A DNA stretch of 64,000 bases, taken from NCBI GenBank assembly GCA_973895155.1, contig OZ316897.1, positions 12,585,375-12,649,374 of the forward strand, given 5' to 3'. Positions within the stretch are counted from its first letter, which is position 1. Each line of letters begins with the position of its first letter. The stretch comes from Marsupella aquatica. Its lineage: Eukaryota; Plantae; Marchantiophyta. Position numbers and translations under genes: made by a program. Below, in pieces: positions 38,915 to 49,306 of the stretch. The notes beneath the pieces were generated by a model. It was not told the DNA's origin. It saw nothing but the letters and a program-made list of their open reading frames with translations, and made no database searches.

Positions 38915-41900
38915 CGGTGGTGGAGGGCCGCTCCTTTCAAGGAGGGCGGACGTGGAGGGAGAAGGCGTGAGTGGGCAGAGCGGGCTCAGATCTCTAAGTT
39001 TAGGATTAGGATCAGGACTAGGAGGCGGCCCTGACACTTAGCTTAGTGGGATGGCGGTTCCACTGGTAAGAGCAACACTTGTACTCCTGCCTCGCTGTAC
39101 ATAGGTAGATTCAGTTAGGTAGATTCAGTTAGGTAGATTAGGCTTACACTGCAAAGAATTAGGCGGATCCACTACCAGGATAAGTACTTGGGCAGCGGGG
39201 AGCTCAGGGCCTCTTCTTTAGCAAGTTTTTAGTTGCACCAGCCGGGCTGGGATCAAGTAGTAAGAGAAGCTCTCGGTTAGTCATAGAGTGACCCTTGTGT
39301 ATATTCATGTTTCCTCATGCCTAAGAGCTGAATAGAGTTGGCCTCACGGCTTAGTTCGCAGAGCTTGTGTATGAGATGTACTATTTGTATGGCAAGTGCA
39401 TGGTATGACTCAGTCAGAAGGAGTCATTTTGCTATTTGTGTGTCGGATTAACTTGTGTGAAGAGTGCCCACATCAACTAATAGATGAAAGAAAGTAAGCA
39501 AGGGAGTGAGAGTTGGATGTGTCGAGCTGAGAGCGGTCTTAGCGGCTTAACCAAGCCTATTGGGGATCATTCCGGCGGCGGAATCCAAATATACCTAACA
39601 AGAAGGAGGGGAAGACAAGGGAAGGCCTAGATTAGGCCGGCTACGTATCTCATGACCCGATGAAGGATCTGTCCAGTATATGTGTGTAAAATATTAATAG
39701 TAGTAGTAGAAGGAGGTTAGCAGCATCCCATGCCACTAAGCCGCAAAAACGGCCTCGCCAAGCGCGAAACCTGCGGGAATCGACTTGTGAAGGGGGGTTT
39801 CTGGGGTTTAGGGAGCCATGGGACGCACCACACATCTCAGAGAGGCTGCCAAGTTGGGGTGCCAAGAAAAAATGCGAAAAAAATCCAAATTTTTTTTCTC
39901 AAAATTTGATGGAGAAAAAAAAACTTTTTTTGAATTTTTTTTCTATATGTGTCCATACTGTACGGGCACCACATCTCGGCAAGGCCCACCGAGATGGCCA
40001 GGTGTCCGTATGGTACGGATGTGGAATTTTGTCGGAATCTTTTTTTCTGGAAATTTTCAAAAAAATAATTTTAATTTTTTTTCTCCTGTTTTTTTGGTCC
40101 GTACGCCAATCTTGGCGAGGTCAGCTGAGATGCGCGGAAGTGCAAAGACCCCATCTCAGCTGCTCAGCTGAGATTCAGAAATTTCAAGGCGGCAAAACTG
40201 ATAAGTGATATCAACGACTGGTATCAGTTATCCGCCACTGATAATTGATGATCCTTGCTACCCCAGGTTCCTAGTCATGTTAAGGAGAGAGGAAGCCGAG
40301 TGTGGGAGATGGAAGAGAGACCCGCACACGCATAGTTTCCGGCAAGATGCCGCGTTTGCGGCTAGTCCAAGAGAGGAGCCGCATGCACCAGTTTTCCAGG
40401 CCGGGAGGGAGGGCATGGAGGAATACAACGAAGATGACTTTGGCTACGGGTCGGATCGTTCGGTACCAGGGGTGCGGACCTGTGGCCGCTTTGTCCCCAC
40501 ACTTCCAAGAGACCCAAAACAGCAAAGAAGCCCGGAGTCTCCCCCACCAGACGTCCCTGCTCCAAATTACCATGGGAGAAAACAAGCCAACCAGGAGGTG
40601 CAGGAGCAACTCAGAGATCTGGAGAGGGCAACCCTGGCCAAGGAGAAGGATTTGCCAGGCAGAAGATGGTTGGAGGACATTCGGCGGCTTGCAGAGGACC
40701 AAGCCGGGCCCTTGCCCACGTTTGACGAGATTTGCCGCGTTGGGAGATGCCAACATCTCCTAACCACTCCACCTACGCACATTCCAGAGCCCTAGAGTAC
40801 AGGAAGATGTGCGGATTACTTGCCCTTGACGTCTTTGGCAAGGAGTTGGAGTCGGGGCCTTTTCTCAATAGGGAGAGGTCGGAGAAAAGCCGGTTAGAGG
40901 AAGCACTGGCCTTGGAGAGGATGAAGAAGGAGGAGGTCATCCGGCGACTTAGAGAGAAGGAAGCCGAGGTTGGAGATCTAAAGGCAGCCAAGCAGGCTCA
41001 GGACGAGCTGCGGGTTAGGAGGCATGAGATAAGCATCATGCAGGGGTAACTGGATACGGCCAAGGCTGATAGCCAGTTAATTAAGAGTAAACTTGCCCAG
41101 ACCCAGGGGCATTTGGCCGAGGCCCTCAAGGAGAAGGAGAAGTGGAAGCAGGAGCTTAAAAACACAGATTGAAGCAGCTCACCTAATGGTCTTCAACAAA
41201 GCCATGGCCGAGGCGCAAAGGAAGGAGCGGGCACTGAAGGAGGAGATCAAAGAATTCTGTAGGGCCTTCAATAAAAAAAGACAACTTAGATAAGGCCTGC
41301 AGGAGCGTCGACAAGTTAAAGGAGGACCTTGAAACCCTGTCGGCCAACTATCAAGCCGAACTGCGTAAGAAGGATGACATGCTTGATCAAACCTACGAGA
41401 CGATGAATAAGATAGAGTTTGATGTCGTCCATGAGCTCAACGCAAAGCTGAAAGCAACCCAGGAGGAGAGGGCGGCCTTACGGAAGGAGTTGGACAAAAA
41501 CCTGAAGGAGTTGGAGGATGCCACACAAAAATTAGAGAACATGTAGAGGCGGGCGGACAACCAAACGGAGCAGTTGAAGAAACTGTCCGAGGAGTTAAAT
41601 CGGCAAGCAGCAACAAGTGGACCCCCGGTGGCAGCAACAAGGTTGCAAGGCGTAGTACTGACCGAGTGACAAGCTGAGGTACCCTCAGCTTGTCACTTGG
41701 ACAGTACCTTTGCCGGAAGTAAGTGCAAGGGGAAGGCACCGGCTGCCATGGAAGGGAAGGACAAGAAGAAGCAAAAACCTTTCGGGTCAAGGAGCAACAC
41801 GGTTCCTCAAGCCACTGTGGTTGAGGTAGAGAGCATGGGACCAACCTTATGTGAGGTGGTGGCTGTCAAAGTGGCAGTCTTGGAGGTAGGCCAAGAAGAC

Positions 41901-42565
41901 CAGCTGGGTGAGGCCATGACGGGCACTGACTCAAGGTTGCCAACCATTGATCGGCATCAAATGCAACCTTGGGAAGATGAGACAACCCGACTCATAGGAC
42001 AAACCTATGAGGAGGACCACTACGGCAAGATGGCCGATGCCGGGACTGACTGTGCCGAAGCCGCATGAGCAGACCCCCCACTAGCAAAAGCCGGGGAAGC
42101 AGAAGTCGGGGAAGCAGAAGCCGGAGAAGCCGAAGCCAAAGTAGGAGTGGGGCCCGATCACGCCTAGGATGGGTTGACCCAGTCAGGAGCGGGTAACCTG
42201 TCAGAGGATGGGATGCCTACATTGGCTGCCAAGGAGGGATTGGGGGCGTCCATTGAGGGCCAGCCACCCGTGTTATGACAGTGGAGGGGGCCCGTACCTT
42301 TTAGGGAGGACGGATGTGGAGGTAGGAGGCGTGAGTGGGCAGAGCGGGCGCAGACCTCCAAATTTAGGATTAGGATTAGGACCAAGAAGCAGCCCTGACA
42401 CTTAGATTAGTGGGATTGCGGATCCACTGGTAAGAGCGACACTTGTGCTCTTGCCCCGCTGTACATAGGTAGATTCTAATTAGAGGTAGATTTGGCTTAC
42501 GCAACAAGGAAATAGGTAGGTGCGCTACAAGGATAAATATCTGTGCAACGTGGACTTCAGGGCCT

Positions 42566-42736
42566 TGTGGTGCGTCCCATGGCTCCATAAACCCAGAAAA
42601 CCCCCCTTCACAAGTTGATTCCCGCAGGTTTCACTCCTGGCGAGGCCGGTTTCGCGGCTTATTGGCATGGGACGCTGCTAACCTCCTTCTACTACTACTA
42701 TTAACATTTTACACACATATACTGGACAGATCCTTT
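42566..42736 (-). mobile_element. Copy C: right terminus of the same TG...CA family, inserted in reverse orientation into copy A and truncated
   Basis: 42566-42735 (TGTGGTGCGTCCCATGGCTCC...GGACAGATCCTT) is a near reverse complement of 39663-39832. Confidence 0.8.
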
Positions 42737-43025
42737 GGATATTTGTCATACTGAAACACTCGGGGTTGGTCGCATCAGTATAAGAATATCTGATATTGTT
42801 ACTTAAGGGAAATCAAAAATTGCCATACTCGCACCCTGGAGCTGATACAATAGAAGAGGCCTTGCATACCTGGGTTATCTGGGATGTTGCGCATGTTTCT
42901 AGAAAGGGCACTCTACGAGATTTTGGCATGTTTGGTAGTTCAAATATTTTCAATGATCTTCCATTAAAATATTTTACACTACGTTCCAACTGGATGGCGG
43001 AGGAGGTTGATTTGTATGACGCTTC

Positions 43026-43779
43026 CTCGGGGGGTTGACTATCAAAAATCTTAGGAACCACGTGTGATCCAAAATAGGTATTTTGGACAGAAATTAGCTC
43101 ATTTTTATTTATTTATTTATTCAAAAAAGGCGAAGCGCCAAAAACCACACAAGGGGGCAAAACCCACCCAAGCAAGACAAGGAGGCCACAACGCCAAGGA
43201 CCAAGCAGCCAACAAGAACCCCCTAGTCAGGCCACTCAACCCTAAAGATCCAGGTCATGATGGCCCCTAAAGCAAACCAATTTGGATCCGTAGTGTAAAA
43301 TTTTTATAAAGTAAAATAGGTAATGAATATTGAAAATATTCCCATTATAAAATAGGTGTGTTTCAAAATGAATGAGTATTCACAATAGCAACACCAACAT
43401 GATGTGCACCAAGAAGTTCATCGTCAACGGCACCTGTTTCAAATGGGACCGTGATAACACCTGTTGCAACCTTCCGACAATGAGAAGCGTCCTCGCGGGG
43501 TTAACTAAGTGTATATTTTGGGGTACCACGTGCAATCCTAGCCTAATATAAATAGACTTATTTTATAAAGAAAATATTCCAAGAATATTCTCTATTTTCA
43601 ATATTAATAACCTATTTTACTTTATAAAGGGTATATATTAAAGAATATTCTATAAACACGAGTTTATAATACCTTCTTTTGCCCTCCTACATTTTTTAAA
43701 AATTTAGTTAAAATCTGTCAAAAATACCTATTTTGGATCGCACGTGGTTCCTAAGATTTTTGATAGTCAACCCCCCGAG
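43026..43779. repeat. 66-bp inverted repeat pair (43026-43091 / 43714-43779)
   Basis: CTCGGGGGGTTGACTATCAAAAATCTTAGGAACCACGTGTGATCCAAAATAGGTATTTTGGACAGA occurs with its near-perfect reverse complement. No clear TSD. Confidence 0.8.
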
Positions 43780-43785
43780 ACGAGA

Positions 43786-44397
43786 TCATGGTCGTGTACG
43801 TAGGACCCTAGTAGTCACAACCTCGGGCCGAGAGACCGGTTCCCCCTCTACATGCTCATGTTTGGGCACGGGAGTGGGGATAGGAGCAGGTGGGCTAAGA
43901 GGCATCTGGGCAGGAGGAACTGCAAGCAACTCCCTGGCCCTTGCTAGAAACCCTTCCAACCACACAGCTTCAGGAACCAAAGGAGGTAGGGGCCTACGAG
44001 GCACCTATTTCAACAGACGTACAATGGTTTTACAGAAATCAATAAATTAAGTAGTGGGATGTAAATGCAAGATAATTAAGCAATACCCTAAATTGGAATG
44101 CATATATGGAATGAATAGGGGACATAAACATATATGTACCTAGCTAGGCAAATACCCTGGCATATCACCCTCGTGGCGGCCATAGTTCTCGATGTGCTCA
44201 CAAGTCTCCCACGCATGTTGAACCACAAGTCCCTTACATCTCACACACCAGCAAGGTATGGGTCCTAGTGGAGCACGAGGACGATCTGGAGGAGGGGGTG
44301 GAGGAACCTCCCCCTCAGACGAGCTCGTGTCTAAGTCTGAATCTGACGTGGAACTATCAGAAGTAGACATCTGCATGCATGAAGTACACTCATTCAT
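43786..44397 (-). CDS. Small two-exon cargo gene with Transpos_assoc-like zinc motif (exons ~44140-44397 and ~43786-44004)
   Basis: IPCWCVRCKG...ETCEHIENYG matches the CxCxxC...H...G pattern at the N-terminus of CACTA transposases. There is a GT donor near 44139 and an AG acceptor near 44005. Confidence 0.5.
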
Positions 44398-45062
44398 GTA
44401 AGCTGCGTAAAAGAAGACAAGTGTTGGAGTATCAAAATAGAATTAATTAATGCATGAGATACAAAAGTCCTGTTGTATGATACCCGCACTTTGCCAGCCT
44501 ACTATGTCGTATTTCTACACACAAGGTGTGGGACATCCAAAATCTTTGCATATATGGGTGAGCATTTTGCTAATGAGCATACATAATGTGTAAGTGCGAA
44601 AGAGTGTAGGAAGAACACACCACATAACACTAATTTGAACAATAGTGTAATATTTTATTTCCACAATTTCCCAAATACTTTTCAAAATATCATTATATAT
44701 TATTATATATTATTATAATAGTTATGACAATAATTTTCAGTCTTCTATAATTAATTTAAATTATATACACCTACATACAAAAACAAATTGTTACTAAGAA
44801 GCATGAATGAAAGATACAAATATAATATAGTTCAAATTGAATAACACAAATACTCCAAATAAAAGAGTAACCATGAAAAGGCATAGATCACAATCAAAAT
44901 ATTGCATGTGAGAACAATAATCTTGTATTATATAAATAAAATGTTACATCATTTGGCTTCTCACTCATATCTACTCCTAGTTTAAATGTACATCTAATAC
45001 TATCTATGCTACATTTAAACATTTTGATTTATAATTATAATCTCTAAATTTTGCTACATGAT

Positions 45063-45687
45063 CTATGTTTCCTTTACTTTGAAACACCGGGCAAGATTTC
45101 CATTTTCACTATTTTCTTCCCAAGTCAAAGCTAAAGATTCTTGCGACCAATCTGGATAATAATCTTGAACATAGTTCCATGAGGTATCAAACTCGCAAAT
45201 TCTAGAAAGAAATGGAATGAGTTGATTTCTTAAAAACATATCATTTTCATCTCCATGATATGAAAGTGGATATAAAGATGACCAGAAAGGATTGCGACAT
45301 GTATTAATTGGTGAATCTAGAAGGGTCACATTTTCACGTATTAGATGAGGCATTTTACTAAAAACAGTCTGAACTAGTTTCAAATACACAAACTCGTGAT
45401 TTGAATCAAGATTGATTCGCGATAATTTTTCTTTCCCAAATGAGAACTTGAGGGCACGTCTTTCACCATCCCTAAATAATTGTGCCATGTATTTTGTCAG
45501 TATTTTTTTTGACATAAGTGACCAAATTCCAATTGAATGAAATCGTTGAAAAATGGCCTGAGACACTAACATTCTCCACGGTCACGCATCTTGCATTGTC
45601 GCTCTTCTTTGATAACTCACAAGGACAATAAAGAAATGCATCCATATCAAGAACAAGCAATCTTGTCGCTTTAAACAATTTCACCAC
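45063..45687 (-). pseudogene. FCP1/NIF-family (HAD, CTD-phosphatase-like) domain pseudogene
   Basis: Motifs are LLVLDMDAFL (motif I-like), [R]PW, F.SIGIWS, YLKLVQTVF, NVTLLDSP...RNP...YPLSYHG..ND.FL...LIPFL. There is a frameshift and stop near 45590 and a CAG acceptor at 45688-45690. Confidence 0.7.
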
Positions 45688-46054
45688 CTGTTAAATCCAA
45701 AAATAACAAATCAATAAAATAAAATTAGCAAGTAGAAACATGTAAACTATTAAATTTATTAATCATTTAAAATGTTATGGTCATGAAAATTCCAATGTAA
45801 CCAAGTAATCTGGCATATTCATACTAATTTAATCTCTTCTGCATCAATCGAAGAACTAACTCTCGTCTACTTTCATTTAGACTACTCCAATTCGATAGAT
45901 AGGGTATTCCAAAACTTTCGCAATGAGCAAACATGATTACAAACATTCCACAATTATAGGAATCTACTTGTCTTGGAATGTCTTTTGGAAATGATCGGTT
46001 CCAAATATTCATGTCAACCGGTGGAAGTTTTTTATCCTTGGCTTCGTCTATGAG

Positions 46055-47849
46055 AACACGATTTCGGACCGACCGAGAAGTGTGTCGGAGTTCTCGTTTA
46101 GCCCGATCCCATTTTTTTTCTAAGGCAATGCAATGACCGATAAAACCAGTTGGCAAAAACTCTCCGAAACACCACTTTCCTCCATTGCATCGCCGCGGGA
46201 ATGCAGGGAGCGATACGTGCATCGGGTTTTACATTCCGTCAGTGAAAAAGTCCGAACTGCGAGTAACTTGGTCCAAACCGCGTAATCCAGGAACGACCAC
46301 GCACTAACCCAGGTAAAGGGGAAACTTAACCATGGTTAAGGGGAAATTAACCATGGTTTAGAGCGTCTCCTATATAAAGAGGAGCGGGCTGCCCATAAAA
46401 CGTTTGCTTTTGCCAGAGCAAATATCTCCTGACTGAGAGCGAATACCAAACTCCCATCGAGTCTTACATTCCTTCCAAGCGATTCGACTCTTTCTACCGA
46501 AAACCCGATAAATTTATCGGAACAGCCATTCCTGTTCAAGTTCTCCATGTAAGACTAACTAGTCATTTAGTGTAAAATGTCCAGATCCGAGCGGACTGCG
46601 ATAAATTTATCGCATTCTGCATTCCTCTGTTGCAATCATTTGATCCAGTGTTTAGAGAGATGTTGCCTTCATTCCGATAAATTTATCGGAGTCTTCATTC
46701 CTTTCATGGAAAGAGGAGTAATTGAGAATCCGATAAATTTATCAGAGTTGTCATTTTTGTGAAAGATTGAATTCAGGGCTTAGGTGTCTGAGGAAGTCAT
46801 ATTTTCAATTCGAATGCGGAGTGCGATAAACTTATCGCATCCTCCTGTGCGATAAACTTATCGGCGGTGGCCCTTTTATAGTGTCTGTTGAGGGGTTGGC
46901 CCACGTGTCCACTTTTGATTGGCTGTCACCCTAAACGACAAAATAGCAGAAAAGGGTATATTTCTTGGATTTCCAATTTCATTCTCACACGTGCATCGTG
47001 GCAAAATTATATAGTTTTGAAATTGAAGCGATAAATTTATCTGATGTTGGTATTGCAAAAGTGGTTCCTTCATGTGGAAGTTGCAATTTGAAATTGAAGC
47101 GATAAATTTATCTGATGTTGGTATTGCAAAAGTGGTTCCTTCATATGGAAGTTGCAATTTTGAAATTGAAGCGATAAATTTATCTGATGTTGGTATTGCG
47201 AAGAGTTTTCTTCATATGGATAGGAATTTTGAAATTTAACCGATGAACCGAAGGATCTTAGTATTATCAACTAGTATTTTTGTCGCCCGTAGTTTTCGCG
47301 ATATTTTTATCGGACTGCGCATTGCTGTTGAAAGAATGGCATGTTGACTATGGTCACTTGCGGAGGTAACTGGTCAATTGCGAAGGTAACTGCAAGGTAA
47401 GTTTGACGAACCGTGCAGTAATTCTTATCGACTGTGATGTAGAATATTTTTGGTAAATATCCAAAAACTGAGAAAATTGAGATTGGGTCGGAGCTTTCAT
47501 GGCTCAAATCCGGAGTCCGATACAGTTATCGCACTTGGCTCGAAACGTGGATATGGATTTATAGATAAGACCTTTCATATATCTTCGGAGAGCGTGAATA
47601 TGAGGTTGAGGAGAAAGTTTTTCGGATCTAATTGTTCCTTGATAATATGAATGTTTGTTAGCATGAATTTCATTGGTTTTGATCATTATTAAATTTGCTG
47701 TTTCAATCCGAACTCCAATACGAATTACATTATTTCCCCAAAAACGTGTTTTTGATGAAAAAAACTGCCGATTTTGCGAGATTCGGCGGAAAATGAAAAT
47801 ACACTTCTCGTTTAGAGGAAATACTTCTCGTTCGGTCCGAAATCGTGTT
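46055..47849. mobile_element. Non-autonomous TIR element (1795 bp), TIR AACACGATTTCGGACCGA, TSD TGAG (or TGAGA)
   Basis: It has ~29-bp TIRs, with TGAG(A) at 46051 and 47850. Excision restores the Ulp1 reading frame. It contains internal GATAAATTTATC palindromes and a ~70-bp tandem repeat x3 (47015-47230). Confidence 0.9.
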
Positions 47850-48884
47850 TGAGATACTTTGACAAATTGTCAAGTACCTCTGAATTTTCCTCATGTAATG
47901 AATCCAAATACTTTAAAGTTTTGTTTTGTGAAGTCAATTACAGCTAAACTCCAATGTGCACTTTGGTGAATTGGTACAAAAACCTTTTCACAATCAAAAA
48001 TAGTATATCCAAATCTGTTGGACTATCTTGAAATGCTCGAATTGTAACAATATCCAGTATTTGTAAGTTTACCGTAAAACCACGTATTGTAAAAATGACA
48101 TCTCATAGATGTCTCTCTTTCTTTCAATAAAGTGAAATATCCGTTAATGATCTCTGAAACAAGCCAGGATCCGGGACCAAGAGATTTCAAAATGTTATGA
48201 GTAATGTCGACCTCATTGATGGTAGTCAAAACCTCTTCACCATCCAAAGATGTACTGAGGCATTTGTCTATCAACAACTCGCTACTCTCAGATAATATCA
48301 CAGCCTCTCTCTGCAAAATCAAATTATATTTTAGCGACTCACTTATTTCAAAATAGTTAACACCAAGGAAATGTTCACTAATATCAACAAGATCGTACCT
48401 TGGGAACTCGTGATCTAGATAGTTCAGTCCTCAAGTTTATCGCTTTTAAATCTGAAGTAGAGAGAATATCTTTTGATGTCCATTCCACACCGCTATCCAC
48501 TCCCTCACACTTGGGGACTGCGGCGGAATAGTGTTCCGCCGCTCAAAATCGATTTCAACCTTCCTATCACCCAGCACGAGTTCCTTCTTGACAGGCAAAG
48601 CTATAACCGGCTCCAAGAGTTTTTGTTTCTTCAAGCGCCGGCCCCCAAAAGGAAGACGTAACTCTCTCAAGGTATCTGCACACTGTGTGTCTGTAGCAGT
48701 TTCCAAGTTGGGATTATCCACCGACAGTTCTTGATGATTCTCTCCGGCACAAGGTAGGTCTTCTCTCTCATCCCAACTACTTTCTGACCCCAAAATTTGT
48801 GCCCCAAGTCTACCTTTTCCCTTATCTTTTCTTTCCTTCAGTGTCTTATATCTATCCTGTTTTTCCTCTTTCTCCACTTCACAT

Positions 48885-49306
48885 GTCTCCCGCTCCTTTC
48901 TCTCCCGCTCGACCCTCTCCCCCTCCTCTCTCTCTTTTCTCTCCTCCTTGGCCCTCTCCCTCTCCCCCTCCTCTCTCTCCTTTCTCTCCTCCTCGGCCCT
49001 CTCGCGCTCCTTTTTCTCCCGCTCGACCCTCTCCCCATCCTCTCTCTCTCTTTTCTCTCCTCCTCGGCCCTCTCCCCCTCCTCTCTCTCTTTTCTCCCCT
49101 CCTCGGGGCCCTCTCCCCCTCCTCTCTCTCCTTTCTCTCCTCCTCGGCCCTCTCGCGGTCCTGTCTCTCCCGCTCGACCCTCTCCCCATCCTCTCTCTCT
49201 TTTCTCTCCTCCTCGGCCCTCTCCCCCTCCTCTCTCTCTTTTCTCTCCTCCTTGGCCCTCTCGCGCTCCTTTCTCTCGCGCTCGACCCTCTCCCCCTCCT
49301 CTCTCT
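48885..49306 (-). repeat. Purine-rich coding minisatellite encoding ERVERERKERERAEEERKEREEG-type repeats
   Basis: Units such as CTCGACCCTCTCCCC / CTCGGCCCTCTCCCC are repeated. The translation in the Ulp1 N-terminal frame is E/R/K-rich. Confidence 0.85.

Larger units (their letters stand above)
35074..39832 (+). mobile_element. Copy B (complete, 4759 bp) of unclassified element: TGTGATGC...GCACCACA termini, 5-bp TSD CATCT, single long ORF, no RT/IN/transposase
   Basis: CATCT lies at 35069-35073 and 39833-39837. The terminal 8 bp are 7/8 inverted. The left end is shared with copy A and the right end with copy C (inverted, 42566-42735). Confidence 0.85.
35002..40264. mobile_element. Small (~0.5 kb net) non-autonomous TIR-type element inserted in copy A and itself hosting copy B
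   Basis: The duplication AGGTTCC lies at 34995-35001 and 40265-40271. Subterminal inverted repeats are ATCATCAATTATCAGTG/CACTGATAATTGATGAT and CTGATATCAGTCG/CGACTGGTATCAG. Its own sequence is 35002-35073 plus 39838-40264. Confidence 0.75.
33096..42565 (+). mobile_element. Copy A of unclassified TG...CA element family (segments 33096-35001 and 40272-42565), split by an insertion and cut at 42565
   Basis: It has the same left end as copy B (TGTGATGCCTAGCCAGGAATCAC) and is colinear with B throughout. Removing the insert rejoins the frame: PELKGQEPKVP|SHVKERGSRVW aligns to B PEAEEKQAVAPGHNKENKRST*. It has many stops and frameshifts. Confidence 0.85.
42737..49306 (-). mobile_element. Large cargo-carrying DNA transposon, putative MULE-like; left end near 42737, interrupted at 49306, remainder beyond the nested inserts
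   Basis: Similarity to copy C stops abruptly at GGATATTTGTCATACTGAAACAC, which looks like a MULE TIR start. It carries Ulp1, FCP1-like and zinc-domain pseudogenes. No transposase or right TIR is visible in the window. Confidence 0.4.
45824..49306 (-). pseudogene. Ulp1/SENP-family SUMO protease (Peptidase C48) pseudogene with N-terminal charged repeat; split by insertion 46055-47849
   Basis: The remnant reads LKSLGPGSWLVSEIINGYF...HFYNTWFY...KVFVPIHQSAHWSLAVID...(frameshift)YLDSL...EVLDNLSKYL|IDEAKDKK...IPRQVDSYNCGMFV. Catalytic His, Asp, Gln and Cys are present. There is a premature TAG at 48023-25. Confidence 0.88.

Noticed and set aside
39601-39625. Polypurine run as PPT of a short 3' LTR (39653-39832)
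   Set aside because: It is not adjacent to the TG, and there is no matching 5' LTR or PBS.
35074-39652. Alternative right end of copy B at GGCTACGTATCTCA (11/14 inverted match to the left end)
   Set aside because: There is no TSD at this point. The end at 39832 has a perfect CATCT duplication and is independently shared with copy C.
42977-43295. CACTAC...GTAGTG as a mini CACTA element
   Set aside because: The flanks TTA/TAA are not a duplication, and the inverted match extends beyond the CACTA motif.
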